Shown: positions 51,960 to 64,000 of the stretch, one piece after another
Layout: every line of letters begins with the position of its first letter
Numbering within the stretch: the stretch's first letter is position 1
Assembly: GCA_000320545.1 (NCBI GenBank)
Contig: ADNK01001668.1
Coordinates: forward strand, 74,039 to 138,038
DNA length: 64,000 bases
Direction of reading: 5' to 3'
Origin: Bigelowiella natans CCMP2755
Lineage: Eukaryota > Protista > Cercozoa
The notes under the pieces: model-generated
The model's database searches: none
Told to the model about the DNA's origin: nothing
What the model saw: only the letters and a program-made list of their open reading frames with translations
Position numbers and translations under genes: made by a program

Positions 51960-53960
51960 GTGCTGAAATTGGTCGATTTGTCGCTGCATGATGTTCAGAA
52001 CTCGTCGGTCGGGAACAACATGACGGACATGCAGTTTTTTGCAATGTCTCCATCGCCTGTGCGCAAAGGTTGCAGAATGGAAAACAAGGGTGAAAGGAAA
52101 ATTTGGGTTCCAGGAGGGGCAAAAGCAAAGATTTTGGTTTGGATGTTTGTGCACATGCACGTGCACATGCATGCATGCATGCATGCATGTGCACATTTGC
52201 ACGTGTTTCTCAAGTGTGTTTTCAGGTAGCGAATGCAAGTCTTTGGGATCGCATCACTTTGTTTCGTTTCCCGCCACACGTTCGCCCAATTTCACCGACG
52301 AGGTCCAAATCGAGTCTGAGGGGGCGCGTGGGGTGAAGCTCAAGGCCAGAGATGCAAATGGGAGATTGCGTGCCGTCACCCTGGATCTGTTCCTGAAACA
52401 CATCGGCAAATTCATCGGCGATTTGGGTGAGAGCACGCAATGGAACGACCCGGTCGATGACAAGGCTCCTTTGGCGGTGTCTCACCAGTTCAGCATCCTT
52501 CCACTGCCTCCGACCGGAGGAGGGAAGATCGACATCGGGATCGCGGCGTTCGGATGCCAGGTGCCAAAACGTGCACATGTGGGTTCAACTCAAAAGTGTC
52601 AATCAAGTGCAAATTTGAAAAAATGAAGCAAACATGTGTGATCGATCAATGATGCCTAGACCAAAAATTTGCACGTGATCATCGGACCAAATGGCGAGAT
52701 CGGGTGGGCACCAGAAGCCATTGGCTTCAAACGCACATTCTTTCGTGACGAAGATGGAGATGATCACATCCATGCGGCAGACAGAGAAGAGAAATTAGTT
52801 TTCTTTTTTGGGATCCAAAAAAAAAAAATGACACTGAAACAAAAAAACACATCAGATCTCTCTTGAGCCAGAGGATGGGGTGCACGCAAAAAAGGCGTTT
52901 TTCAAAGAGCTACCGGCTGGGCAGAGAGGCGACCCAGAAGAAGAGAAACGCTACAATGAGGTCGAAAACTTCATGTGGCACATCCAGATCGAGATGGAAC
53001 TACCCGCTGGGCACAAACCTTCACTTGGAGAGGAGGACATCGAAGAGGAGGAGGTGCACAAAGATTTGATTTTTTTTTTTTGGATTTTCATCATTTGTTG
53101 CCTTTCATTGATCCAATTTGGTTTCACATTGAGACATCATGCGGTTGGATGACTAGGGGAAAAAAATGCCGTTCTTGTGGATCCGATGATGGTTCAATTC
53201 CAAAGAATGCAAAGTTTGAAAACACACGTGTGCATGAACATGTGTGCACATGTTCACATCAATTTGCATGTTCTTTTGTTGCTGTTGTTTTTCTTTGATG
53301 TGTTTTTTTTGAAAAAATGAACAAAGGGTTCAGCGATTGCGATTCGGACGAAGAAGGTCTTCAGCTCGCAAGGGTGAAGCTCGGTGATGATCTAGGCATG
53401 GCCCAGGAAGCTGACAAGGTTTGTCACACCTCGTGTCAAAACAAAACATGATGATGGAACGGAGAAAAGTACATGATGTGAATTTGTTGTCATTGTTGGT
53501 GTGTTGATTGGGTTCCTGCTGGCGCCAAACGAAAGAAAGGCACTCCTGTCAGAGTGACCAAGATGTTTCATTCCGTCACTGAAGATGGAAAGGTTTTTTC
53601 CTAAGAGATGTGTTGTCAACGATGAACTTCATCTTGGTGATGCATTTGTTTGCCAATTCATCCCAGATGACCCAGGAGCGTCTCCACCAGTTCATGCAGC
53701 AGATGTCATTCCGGAAAAGGAAAAACAACCTTGTGAACGGATCACTGGTTGGTCTTCTTCTTTTTTTTTTTCATGTTCTTTTTTCCTTTGAAAAATTTAG
53801 ACTTCACTTTTGTGTTGTGCCAAACCATGCAGGTAACGGGCAAAGGCAACTGGCACGGAGGAAAGGTTCCCGAGACCCCTGCTTCGGTTGAAACTCAAAA
53901 TTCTTTGTTGTCCAAGCACACTGACGACTGCTCATGTGCCATTGCCCATCAACATGCGTT
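51960..53960 (+). pseudogene. Spliced uncharacterised protein, hypermutated
   Basis: Exons read NSSVGNNMTDMQF; FPATRSPNFTDEV; LRAVTLDLFLKHIGKF; SHQFSILPLP; FGCQ|TKNLHVIIG; LARVKLGDDLG; PVRVTKMFHSVTEDG; NGSLV, with GT..AG junctions (ccag|gtgcc..cctag|acc). The motif order resembles an uncharacterised protist/giant-virus family I recall but cannot name. Confidence 0.5.
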
Positions 53961-54668
53961 TTGACCTTTTTTTTTCGCGTAGCGTAGACAAACATCAACG
54001 CAATGTAGCATCGTGTGCTTGAAATGCAACAAGAAGCAAAGCACGCTCACAGGCGTCACTGTCACAGCTGGATGAGTCGTCAACACTTGCACTCAAGAAA
54101 ACACACCAAGGCACAGGTGTGATCGTGCTGATCGCAGGCGATCGCATGGGTCATTGCAACGAACAATTCAAAAACCATTTGCAGTCATGTGTGGCAGCGC
54201 AACATTGCAAGAAACACAATTTCGTTCCTCACCCACCACTCATGAATGCATGCATTTCTCGCATGGCAGAAATGCAATTTTGAGCAAAACAAATTTGCAA
54301 TCCGATTCATAGACAATCAAAAAACTGCGATTGGTACTACATCTACTACTGCGGTAAAATTGCTAGAATTGGGCCAATCTGTTCAGCATACTCGTGCTCG
54401 AAAAACTGAATAGCTGAATCCAGATCCACATTTGGGTAAAATTCCCTCAAAAAAAGCCAGCAGCAGCCTCGGCAAACACAAGTTGGTGAAAGCTGGGCAT
54501 TGGCACATCATTGGGAGTGCATGCAACCCGAAATAGTCCATACCTGCTCACATTCTTCTGTCGCAGAGGAAGAATAAAAGCCATTTTCTCCGAATTACCG
54601 ACTCATACCTCACAAAAGACAAGGAAGGATTCGAAAGAAGAACGATTCGGAACCCACCCCCCATCAAC

Positions 54669-55560
54669 ATGTCGAGTTTCTCCAAAATGAGTGGGACCGC
54701 TGCCTTCGTTTACGACTCATTGATTTCAATGTTTTGTGCGGTAATCCTACTGCACCTCACTTACAGGGATGATTGGGAAGCCCCAGGAGGGTTATTGTCA
54801 AAATTAATAGAAATCAGATTCTCTTGCATGTTAATTTGTCATCACCTGCGTTGTGTTCTACTCGTAGCTGGTGGTAGGCTTTCTTCCAATCATGGGATTC
54901 TACGCTGGCAAGTACCACGAGCAGCAGTACAGGCTTGAGAGCAACAATGAGGAAGCGAATAGAGTGTTACGAATTAATTTTCTTCATACCTTCAATTGTT
55001 ATTGAGAGAAGCACGATATAGATCAAAAGTTTATCAATGAATTTTATTGCTGCGATTGATGAAACTGACTATCTAATAGGAAGTATCACCTAGCCAAAAG
55101 GAAATGGCATCGGACCTTGGACATAGCTTCGAGAAAGGGCCCCCAGCTGACGAGATCTATGCTCCTCAACAAACGCCTGGATTAGGATCAGTACCGCGAC
55201 AAAAAAGCCACGAACTGCCCCAGATATTTCGAGAGAAAGAGGAGCTGACAAAAGAGCGTAACGAGGATCTACAATTCTACAAAGGTCCTTCACTGTTAAT
55301 TGGCAAAATCACACCTTAATCGCGTCTGAAACATCTCATCATTTCGTTTGCTTTGATGGGGTTGGTTCTCATTAACCTACTTCGTTTCAGCTGTGCTTGG
55401 TAAACGGGCAACTTCTAAGTCTCTAGCAGGGCTCTTGAAGAAGAAGGGGTTCTACCGTGAGGCCGATTTCATTACAAGCCTCTGCAAGCTGCGCTTTGAT
55501 TTCGCGATTACGGTCGGTTTGTCGCCGTAATCACTCAATTTTAGAAAAGTAGACAATACA

Positions 55561-55610
<50 letters not shown>

Positions 55611-57096
55611 TCATACATGTGTGCACATGTATGTACAAATGAATCAAGACAGGAGGGAGCATGTAAGGGGGAAGAGGGGAAAATGAAAGTTGCATAAGGA
55701 CCGAAGCTAGGGCAATGCTTTACATGTGTTGCTTCCTCCCCGGTTGCCTCATGATTGTATTACACAAGACACGGCAAATGCTGCGAACATACTTCTTATC
55801 GGACTCCAAGTTAAAGTTAGAGGATAGCCGCTACGACATCATTTGTAAGAAATCCATCGAGTGTGATAAGTTGACAGGGCCAATGGGCTTGACTATGAGA
55901 AAGCTTGCTCCGAAAACTGTATTTGATCCAGGTAGTAGTTGCTACTACTACTACTGTGCGCAACACCTAAGCTAATCCATCTCCAATTATTATTATTGAG
56001 AAGAACAAAGAAATTATCAAAATGAGAAAGAGAGAGGGAGAGAGAGAAGTGGATGACTATAATGATAGGAGTGCATGCAGCATATATCAACATATACATA
56101 GAGCTGGGTGGTGGTGGTGGTGGTGATGGTGGTAGTTGGCTAATGATTTTGTACTTGGTCAGTTGAAAAGGGGACGCTGATGATAGTGGGAGATGCCCTG
56201 TTCCCCAATTATCGAGAGCATATTGACAAGTAGAGGCCTTATGTTTGTTCATTAAAACATGATGCTCTACTTACTGCTGCTGGGTTTTGGCATCCATTGC
56301 CGTGATGTGAATGGCTCTACTACCTACCCAGGCTGTCAAAGTCCGTTAAGTATATCCTTTCAAAGACTTCGTTAGAGGAATTGAGAACCAAACTTTATGC
56401 CGAGCTTTGGGAGGTATTAAGCGAAGAAGAGGAAGAAGAAGAAGAAGAGGAAGAAGAAGAAGAAGAAATAGAATATCGTAGAAATCCATTGGGTCTTATG
56501 AAAGTGTCCGACGTGTCCGAATGTGTCCGAAGATTATTGTGTCTCTTAGAATTTCCGAAGGTGTCCGAAGATATATAATGGAACTACCCCCTCGTCATTA
56601 TCAATCCCTCTCTGATCTTGTTGTGTGTTTTATTTAACCGTTGACTTTTCCTTTGAAAATGACTATTGATTAGTTGGACCCCGATTTAATAGCATCGTTT
56701 CATACTCATCCTGCTTATGCTCAAAGGTAAGTATTACCGGGGGGGGGGGGAGGGCATGTCAGTGAAGTGCAGTAGCAATTGAGGGGGGCCTTAAAAATGT
56801 GTGAAGAGATTGTAGATATTCTTAATGGCAACGGCTATTTTGATGGCGCAAGGATAAGGAAGAGAGGAGGAGGAGAAGGAGAAATAAAATAACGTCTTAG
56901 ATGAACAGTTTATCTGCAATGTAAGCAAGCACACGACGATTCAAAACCGTTATAGTTATGTGAGTATGTATGTATGTGTGTGTGTGTGTGTGTGTGTAGG
57001 TACCTAATGTCAGGCGAATTGGGGTACTTCAAAAGGGACTTCAAGCATTCATCAACACTCAAGTATCATCAATTTTCTATAGGTACTAGATTCAGT

Positions 57097-57135
<39 letters not shown>

Positions 57136-58649
57136 TTTTTATCGACCAATTTTTTAACAACTATGTCTTACTGTTATCATCAAATACCACACGGGTATTA
57201 TGTAATCATCATCACGATCGTTACTTGCTGTGGTCATGTTTGACTGCCTGTTATTATGTAGAGCTAAAGCTAGATTCGAAGCATGGCGAGGAGGATAAAG
57301 CATTTGCCCCCTTTGTGTTAAACACACATGCAGAGCCAATACTTCTGGCTGATGCTCACGTCCTTAGGCATGATAAGGTTGGTGTACACTAGGATCAACA
57401 TGGTGATCGTTGGGTATTAACACGATTTGTTATAGTTACGGGTACTATTAATGAATTAATTTATTAGTATAGCCAGTTGATGATTCTTTGATCTTGTCCC
57501 CTCCTCCTCCTCTTCTTCTTCTTTTCTTTTTCTTCTTTTTCTTCTTCTCTTTCTTCCACAGCATGATGATCAGTTTATCGTGAAGGGCAAGTCCTACTCA
57601 AACCGTCGCCACGTTCATCAGTATACGCTAGTGGCTGACAACGCCGAAGAACGTGATAGGGTAATTCAAGATGATGATGGTGATGATGATGATGATGATA
57701 ATTGCGAATTGTGAGTGCTGTGATGATGGGGATATTACCGAATCAAAACACGATGAATGGACTTTGATTGATTGACACCATTATTTAATGCTAAATCTGA
57801 TATCATTATAACCATTTGTTTCCCTTCTTTTTCTTCTCCCGCCTTCGTATTTCCAGTGGGTGGAGTCGCTATCACGATTCCACAAATCACGTGAAAATGC
57901 TATCAGGAACACAGCGCTTGTCATCAACTTCATGCTCTCTTACGTCCGAACATTAGAAAATAGAGACTGGGAAGCCATGGAGGTATTAAAGAGACGATAT
58001 TTAGCAAAGAGAGGAGGTTTTGATAGAGATGATGATGATGATGATGAGGAGGAGGAGGAGAAGGACGGATATTCTCAAGACTGCCACAGCTTCATCATTT
58101 AATACGTCCACCGTTTCACATATTCTTCAAGTCTCCTTATTGACAGGAGGTGGCCGAGAAACTTGCTCATCATATTAAAGAAGACGTTGGTAGGTTGATG
58201 AAATCGATACAGGCATATCCAAAGGCTTAGCATGCATGTATTTTTCATCTTTGGTTATTCTACATATTTTATGCCTTTTGTTCTTATATTGCGGCATACA
58301 TCGAGAAGAGTGATTTGATGTGACGTATGGTGTAGGTTCGATGCGAGCTGCGGTACCGATGTGCTTACGCGCCTCGCTCTACAAAACCGCGGGAAACGAA
58401 AACTGGAATGATGAAGCCTTCAAACAATGCTGTGTAAATATCAAACTAATGTCAACAAGACTATCATGTTCAATTATAACGAATAGTCGGAAATATACTG
58501 AGATGTTATCGATGTTGCAGTCTTGGTTCCAGCTGATGACAGTTGCTGCTGTGGAGGATTTAAAAGTATATCATGAGCATTTTGATGCCCTTAAAGAAGA
58601 CACGGTTTCTCAACATACAAAAAAGAAGTCTGGCTGCATGATAATGTGA
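54669..58649 (+). CDS. Multi-exon protein with an RGS-like helical region and a PH domain
   Basis: EADFITSLCKLR..TRQMLRTYFLSDSKLKL..VFDP (RGS-like, tentative). YLMSGELGY.. FIVKGKS..HQYTLVADNAEERDR|WVESLSRF (PH C-terminal helix). Confidence 0.55.
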
Positions 58650-58779
58650 AATTTATTTTATAACAAATGGATATCAGTAAAAAAAAGACTGATACTGGGT
58701 GTACAATGCTCTGTTCGATACAGCCTTATTGCTTGCACATGATTCACGAGCGTCGCAGCACAAATATCAGTACTAATAA

Positions 58780-59290
58780 CGAGATTAACCTAAAGGCTGC
58801 AAATGCAGTTGTGTTTCACGTACATACAAACAAAACTTAGCGCTATATTATCGAAGCTGCGTTAGTGAAGAATTGCCACAATGCTATATGAAGTGCAATC
58901 ATCTAGATCGATCATCCAATGCGACACACATTTAGTTGTTGTCTTGCTGCAGTTTCTCATTTAGCTGTCATGCTAGCTAGCTAGCATGCTAGCATGGCGT
59001 ATGCGCACGTGTTAAGCGCATGGCCATCTTAGCAGAGCTGCGGCACTAGCTAGCTAGCTAGCTAGGGCATGCCGCAATTTTGCGCGAAATCTCTAGATCT
59101 AATTCTAGACACGCGTTGCGGTGAATCGAATGCCGAAATCAAGCTAGACATGCTAGCATGTACACATGTACATGAGAACTCCTGACCCAATTTGTTGTTC
59201 ACGTGCATTTCTAGACGTGTGTTGAAGCTAGGATGTTCGCATCTTGGCACATCTAAGTGTGAGTGCGGTTTCATGCACTCATGAAATTTC
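58780..59290. other. TpA-depleted, CTAG-rich block 7 between two convergent gene ends
   Basis: gctagctagctagc runs, tctagatct and catg/tgca. Remaining TA is mostly CTAG. Confidence 0.7.
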
Positions 59291-59343
59291 TGCTCGTGAG
59301 GAGACTATCGTTGCACAAACTACTTGACATGGTTTTGTTTAAT

Positions 59344-60636
59344 TTATGTATCCCATTCGCTACCTGTGGAGTACGTGTATTCAAGAGATGGTGGCCTAGA
59401 AATACCTTTCGGAGCGTCTATTTCTGGCGTTCTATAACTATTTCTCAATTCTTGACTCTCCACGATATTACCGAGCGATGTGACCTGAAAAGAATGGCAT
59501 CCCTTAAATTTATCTTCGAGAGTGAATGTATATACTAGCATACCGTGAGTTTTTACGTTAGAAAACCATATGTTGCGAAAGATAGTGTTACATTTATGTT
59601 ACCACATCATGTATCGACGCCCGATCTTCTGGCTTAGAAATGAAGCAGTTCTTCATGATCTTTTGCACAGACAGAGGAATGTCCTTGCTGATAAAGAAAA
59701 TGAAGTTCATTTTCCGCATTCTTTCGGTATTCAATCCAAGTCAATTTACGAGAAGAATGGAGATTTTTCAAGATCTGCGGCTCACTATCGTTGTGTAGCA
59801 TTGTGGGAGACTTTGTTTGTCTAGCTTGCTATAAATATATATAATATGTATACATTCATATGCCTGTAAATTCATCTATAATTACGGTATTGGAAGATGT
59901 CCTCCCTTTTCCACGAATTTCCCTGCCTGAAATAAACATACCCATAAGAATGCGAGTGCAAATAAAAAGCCAATGAGGGCGATCATCTTCTACACATGCA
60001 TCTCCGAAAAACAACACCTCTCGGGCCGTCATATCTTTGAAAGGTTTCTTCCCGGTGAATACCTCGTAGATCAACACTCCTGAGGAGGAGGAGGAGGAGG
60101 AGGAGGAGGAGGAGGAGAGGAAGAAGGAGAAGGGAAGAAGATTGAGAGAAGAACTATCCGATGATACTTACTATAGCCTTGTCTATCAACTGTCATAACT
60201 CTTATTATCATCATCATTTCCATGCCCATGCTCTACACTATAAGTGTTTTTGTGTTTCAATTGCAATCTCACCTGACATCCAAGCATCAGATTTCTCATT
60301 GAAGATCCCACCAGATATGGACTCTGGCGCCATCGATTTGTCTAATGGGTGCGAGCACATCATCATCATCATCACCTCCATCATCTATCATCCATCATCC
60401 ATCATCATCGTCATATTAGAGCTATACGACATTCTCATTCTACTGAGTGGGGAGACGACGAAGGGCACCACCGCACCACCTTCTACTACTTCGTTATTAT
60501 AACTGTTAGTAAATTGTATTATTGATGATACTACATGGAAGAAGCTGCGTGTGATCGGTCTGCACGTGATCTAGGGCACTCTGTAGTGAATTTGCGTCGT
60601 ATTAGAAGGAGAAGACAAAGAAGAAGAAGAGAAAGT

Positions 60637-60674
<38 letters not shown>

Positions 60675-61127
60675 AACACACGCACTACCTGATGCCTGAC
60701 TACAGAAAGACCAAAATCCGAAACATGTGCGCTTAGCTGATCATGCATTCAAATTATCACTTAATCAAACAACGAATATCATATTTGCAACCTCCTCCAA
60801 ATATCGACTTAACAAACTCTCTCTTCCCCCCCCCCACACCCACCTCTCTCTCTCTCTCTCTCTCTCATAGTGTCAGTGTAGATAACAAAACATTAGAAGC
60901 AGTTTCCGCTGATGCGGGGGAATTCAAGGGGGGCGTTCTCACATCGCTGTCCAGAAGGCAATTTCTTGCAGCAAAATCTCGATGAAGTACCCCGCAAGAA
61001 TGTATATGCATCAAGCTGGGAAAGAAAGCACACACGCAGAGTAATAATAATGCGAAATAGTTCAATATTTAGCACCGTATCATCTAAAATATTATTGAGC
61101 TGCTATCGCCACAATCATGCGTATATG

Positions 61128-61171
<44 letters not shown>

Positions 61172-62581
61172 ATGCACTGATGGTGATGATGATGATAATG
61201 ATGATGCAACACATGTCCAACGTTAGATATATTTCTATTCGTTTTGCTCGCTAAATATGACAATATCTCCTCCCCCCTTTATCTCCCCCCCTCACCCCGA
61301 ACAAGCGTCTCTGGCTATGGTGAGGCGTTGCTCATCAGATAATAAGTCCGTTTTTGAAGGTGATGATTTCTTCTGCTGCGACGATGAGTGTAAGTAGTCT
61401 TCAATGCTTCCTGTATGATGATAAAGAGGTTGATGTATATATGTAATATCTATAGACATGACAAGACGGGTTGGATGGGAGGGGTAGGAGGTTGCAGCAG
61501 CCGCCACACACCATTCTCGTAGAAGCGAGTTACAATGCCCATCTTGGATCCCTCCTAGGAGACAGTCGCATCACACATCCAGCAATCATTTGCAGAGGAT
61601 AGGGAAAACAAATCAAGCTGATGATGATAACTACGATGAACGTATAGCTATGCGCCGCACGCAACCTATGGTGGAGCAGAATAGACTGTGCTGTCTCTTA
61701 TGTTATCGGTGAGGTCATTAGTGGGTGCTGTATGTATTACCCTGATGGCTCCTCTGAATGCACAGACGTTGGGATGGTGACCGAGCATGTGGCAAAGGGC
61801 CATCTCCGTTTCGAATTCACGCAATTGCTGCTCGCTGTTGTGTTGTTGGCATGGAGAAAACAGCAGCAGCAGTAGCAGCAGCGACACTGTCACTCTTTCG
61901 TATCGACGATGCATATAAAGAGCGAGATTACTTGCGAACAAATGCTATTGCTACGATAAGCTGGCACCGTTTCTTGCGCCGTACAGTAACATTACTACCT
62001 TGATCGTCGGCTGGTGGAGGTAGGCTGTTTCAGATACTTAACGACCACGTTTTCCTTGTCATACTCGGCAAGAAATACCTCTCCAAACTGGCCTTCTCCG
62101 ATCCTCTTCTTGATTTGAACAGCTGCGCCAGGGATTATGGGCGTTTTGAGAGGCATTTTGGTCTGCTGTGTTACTAGTTCTTCCACCCGCATAGCCTACG
62201 AATAAAATGACGATGATGATGATGATTATGCCGATTGCTGATATATAGACCACCATAGCCAGTACCACATCTTACCACCACCGCCATCATCATCTTCATC
62301 ATAATCATAATCATCATTCTCTATGACAATACAGCGAGGTGGCACTGGCAATAATTGCTACCTCATTTCCGACCTCCAACCGAAATTCTATCTCAATAAC
62401 TGTCAGCTTGAACATGATTTCACATCGGCAGAGAGGGCGAGACCCGAGCTTGGCATTCTCATTGCATTTGGTTGGGAACTCTAGCTGGCACTTCTTTCCT
62501 CCCCAGGTCACTCGCTGCACACTGAGAAATGATTGAAGAAGAGGCGGCACACCTTCATTTGGGATATTCAAATGGCGTGTT

Positions 62582-62619
<38 letters not shown>

Positions 62620-63124
62620 CCAACAGCCAAGAACAATATTAACCGAAACGAAGACTATCATCATTATGACCGATTTCCAAGCAGAGAGAATTCCTTAGGC
62701 GGCAACGACATCACTGCCGTGATTACGCTACCACGATCAATCTTGTAAAACTTGTCTGAAACTCCTGCCTCTTTCTGTCCCTTTGCCTGATGCGATGTGT
62801 AGCGATGATGGTAATGGTGATCACGACGACGACGATGATGAAGATGGTGATGACGATCATGGGAAAAAATGCATAATAAAGAGGAAGAAACCGATGAATA
62901 ATACCAACCGACATGCACGACGACCTATAATTGACCTCTACTTCTATTACTACTACTACTACGGGTAGTAAGCTGTACCTTCATGCTTTCGACTACTTCG
63001 GCATGCATCTGGCGAATATATCCCCACAAATCGATGCTGAACTTCGCACCAGGAACCGCCAGCTGAAGAAATATCATTTGGGAACAATTGATTGCCGGAT
63101 TAACAGATAGGAAGATAGAAAGAC

Positions 63125-63167
<43 letters not shown>

Positions 63168-63841
63168 AGGGGGGAGAGAGAATATGCGTGCTGATCCAAC
63201 GATACGATTGTTCATGTCGCCACGATTATGTACTGCAAAACACTTACTCTTTCCGTATGGTGAGTACAAAGTACTGCGTTGTGTGTGTTGCAGTAGTAAT
63301 GTAGTAGTAGTAGTAGTAGTAGTAGTTGTTGTTGTTGTAATTGTCTGTTCTTACTGGGGGGGCAGAAATGGAGAACCTCACACGATCGGACTCGGCTTTA
63401 CGTGCTTCGGTTAGATGTATATCGTAGTATAAGATTGACGATGATGATGATGATGACGATGATGGACGATGATTGAGAGCATAATTGTATTGATAATTTA
63501 TCATCATTTGTGCTTATGGTGTGCACCAATGCATTAATATAGATTTATTCCTTCACTCAACTACTTCACGGGGAGTTTGCATACTTCCTGTCATTATGAT
63601 CCTCCGAAACATATACGCTCATCATCGAGAAAAATCGGTCGTTTGTCGGTGCGTCGTAGCTATTTTTGTGACTATCAGTATTACTTTTATTGTATGTGGC
63701 ATTTGTGGCATTGTCTGCGCTCTGTCCGTCCGATGTCGTGTTTCTTCCTTCTGATGTTGGATGTGTTGGTTGTGCGAGAGAAACAACACGGAATGACCAC
63801 ACACTATTAGGAAATGTTGTGCGTATCACCAAAAACCGCAT
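59344..63841 (-). CDS. Tyrosine-kinase-type protein kinase with an uncharacterised N-terminal region (spliced; 5' end may lie beyond the window)
   Basis: IGEGQFGEVF; VVVKYLK; REFETEMALCHMLGHHPNVCAFRG; GSIEDYL; HRDFAARNCLL; VSDFGLS; MAPESI..FNEKSDAWM; GVLIYEVFTGKKPF; MKNCF..KPEDRASI. Confidence 0.88.
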
Positions 63842-63873
63842 AGCGACAACGCATCAAACAACTCGTTGAGCGA

Positions 63874-63926
<53 letters not shown>

Positions 63927-63936
63927 GGGGAGGGAG

Positions 63937-63985
<49 letters not shown>

Positions 63986-64000
63986 AGAAGTAAGTAGTAG

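Larger units (their letters stand above)
45400..54330. other. TpA-depleted block 6 (about 9 kb, near-complete conversion) containing several dead genes
   Basis: By manual count only 3 TA occur in 48516-49976 (2 CTAG, 1 TTAG). Dense overlapping Cys/His/Met-rich, nearly Tyr-free ORFs on both strands. Confidence 0.92.

Noticed and set aside
45582-54000. Dozens of overlapping Cys/His/Met-rich ORFs as real genes
   Set aside because: Loss of TpA removes TAA/TAG on both strands, so spurious ORFs open in all frames. Only those with recognisable motifs were kept.

Overview
Eukaryotic nuclear DNA from a protist-like genome with many short GT-AG introns full of microsatellites. A chlorarachniophyte or other rhizarian is plausible but is only my inference. 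Intact spliced genes: an EDR2-C/DUF1336 protein, a STIMATE/TMEM110 membrane protein, 6-phosphogluconolactonase ending in SKI, a protein with an embedded uS14/S29-like zinc finger, an ankyrin-tyrosine-kinase-SAM protein, an RGS-like/PH protein, a second TK-type kinase and several hypotheticals. Between them lie fairly sharply bounded blocks (about 7.8-8.6, 10.2-11.6, 14.5-15.1, 17.4-19.5, 33.7-37.8, 45.4-54.3 and 58.8-59.3 kb) where the dinucleotide TpA has been largely converted to CpA or TpG. The blocks hold non-LTR retrotransposon relics, giant-virus-like genes (DUF6165 plus glycosyltransferase, PQ-loop, TFIIS zinc ribbon; an unconverted SET gene lies adjacent) and dead intron-containing genes (CHAT domain and others). 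Four observations point to a TpA-directed A:T>G:C hypermutation: conserved Tyr reads as His/Cys, (TA)n tracts appear decayed to CA/TG mosaics, duplicated copies show CA versus TG at the same position, and surviving TpA is mostly in CTA/TAG context. This runs opposite to fungal RIP and acts on silent or foreign DNA. It is the main candidate novel system. All gene models and family calls come from reading motifs by eye; no searches were run.
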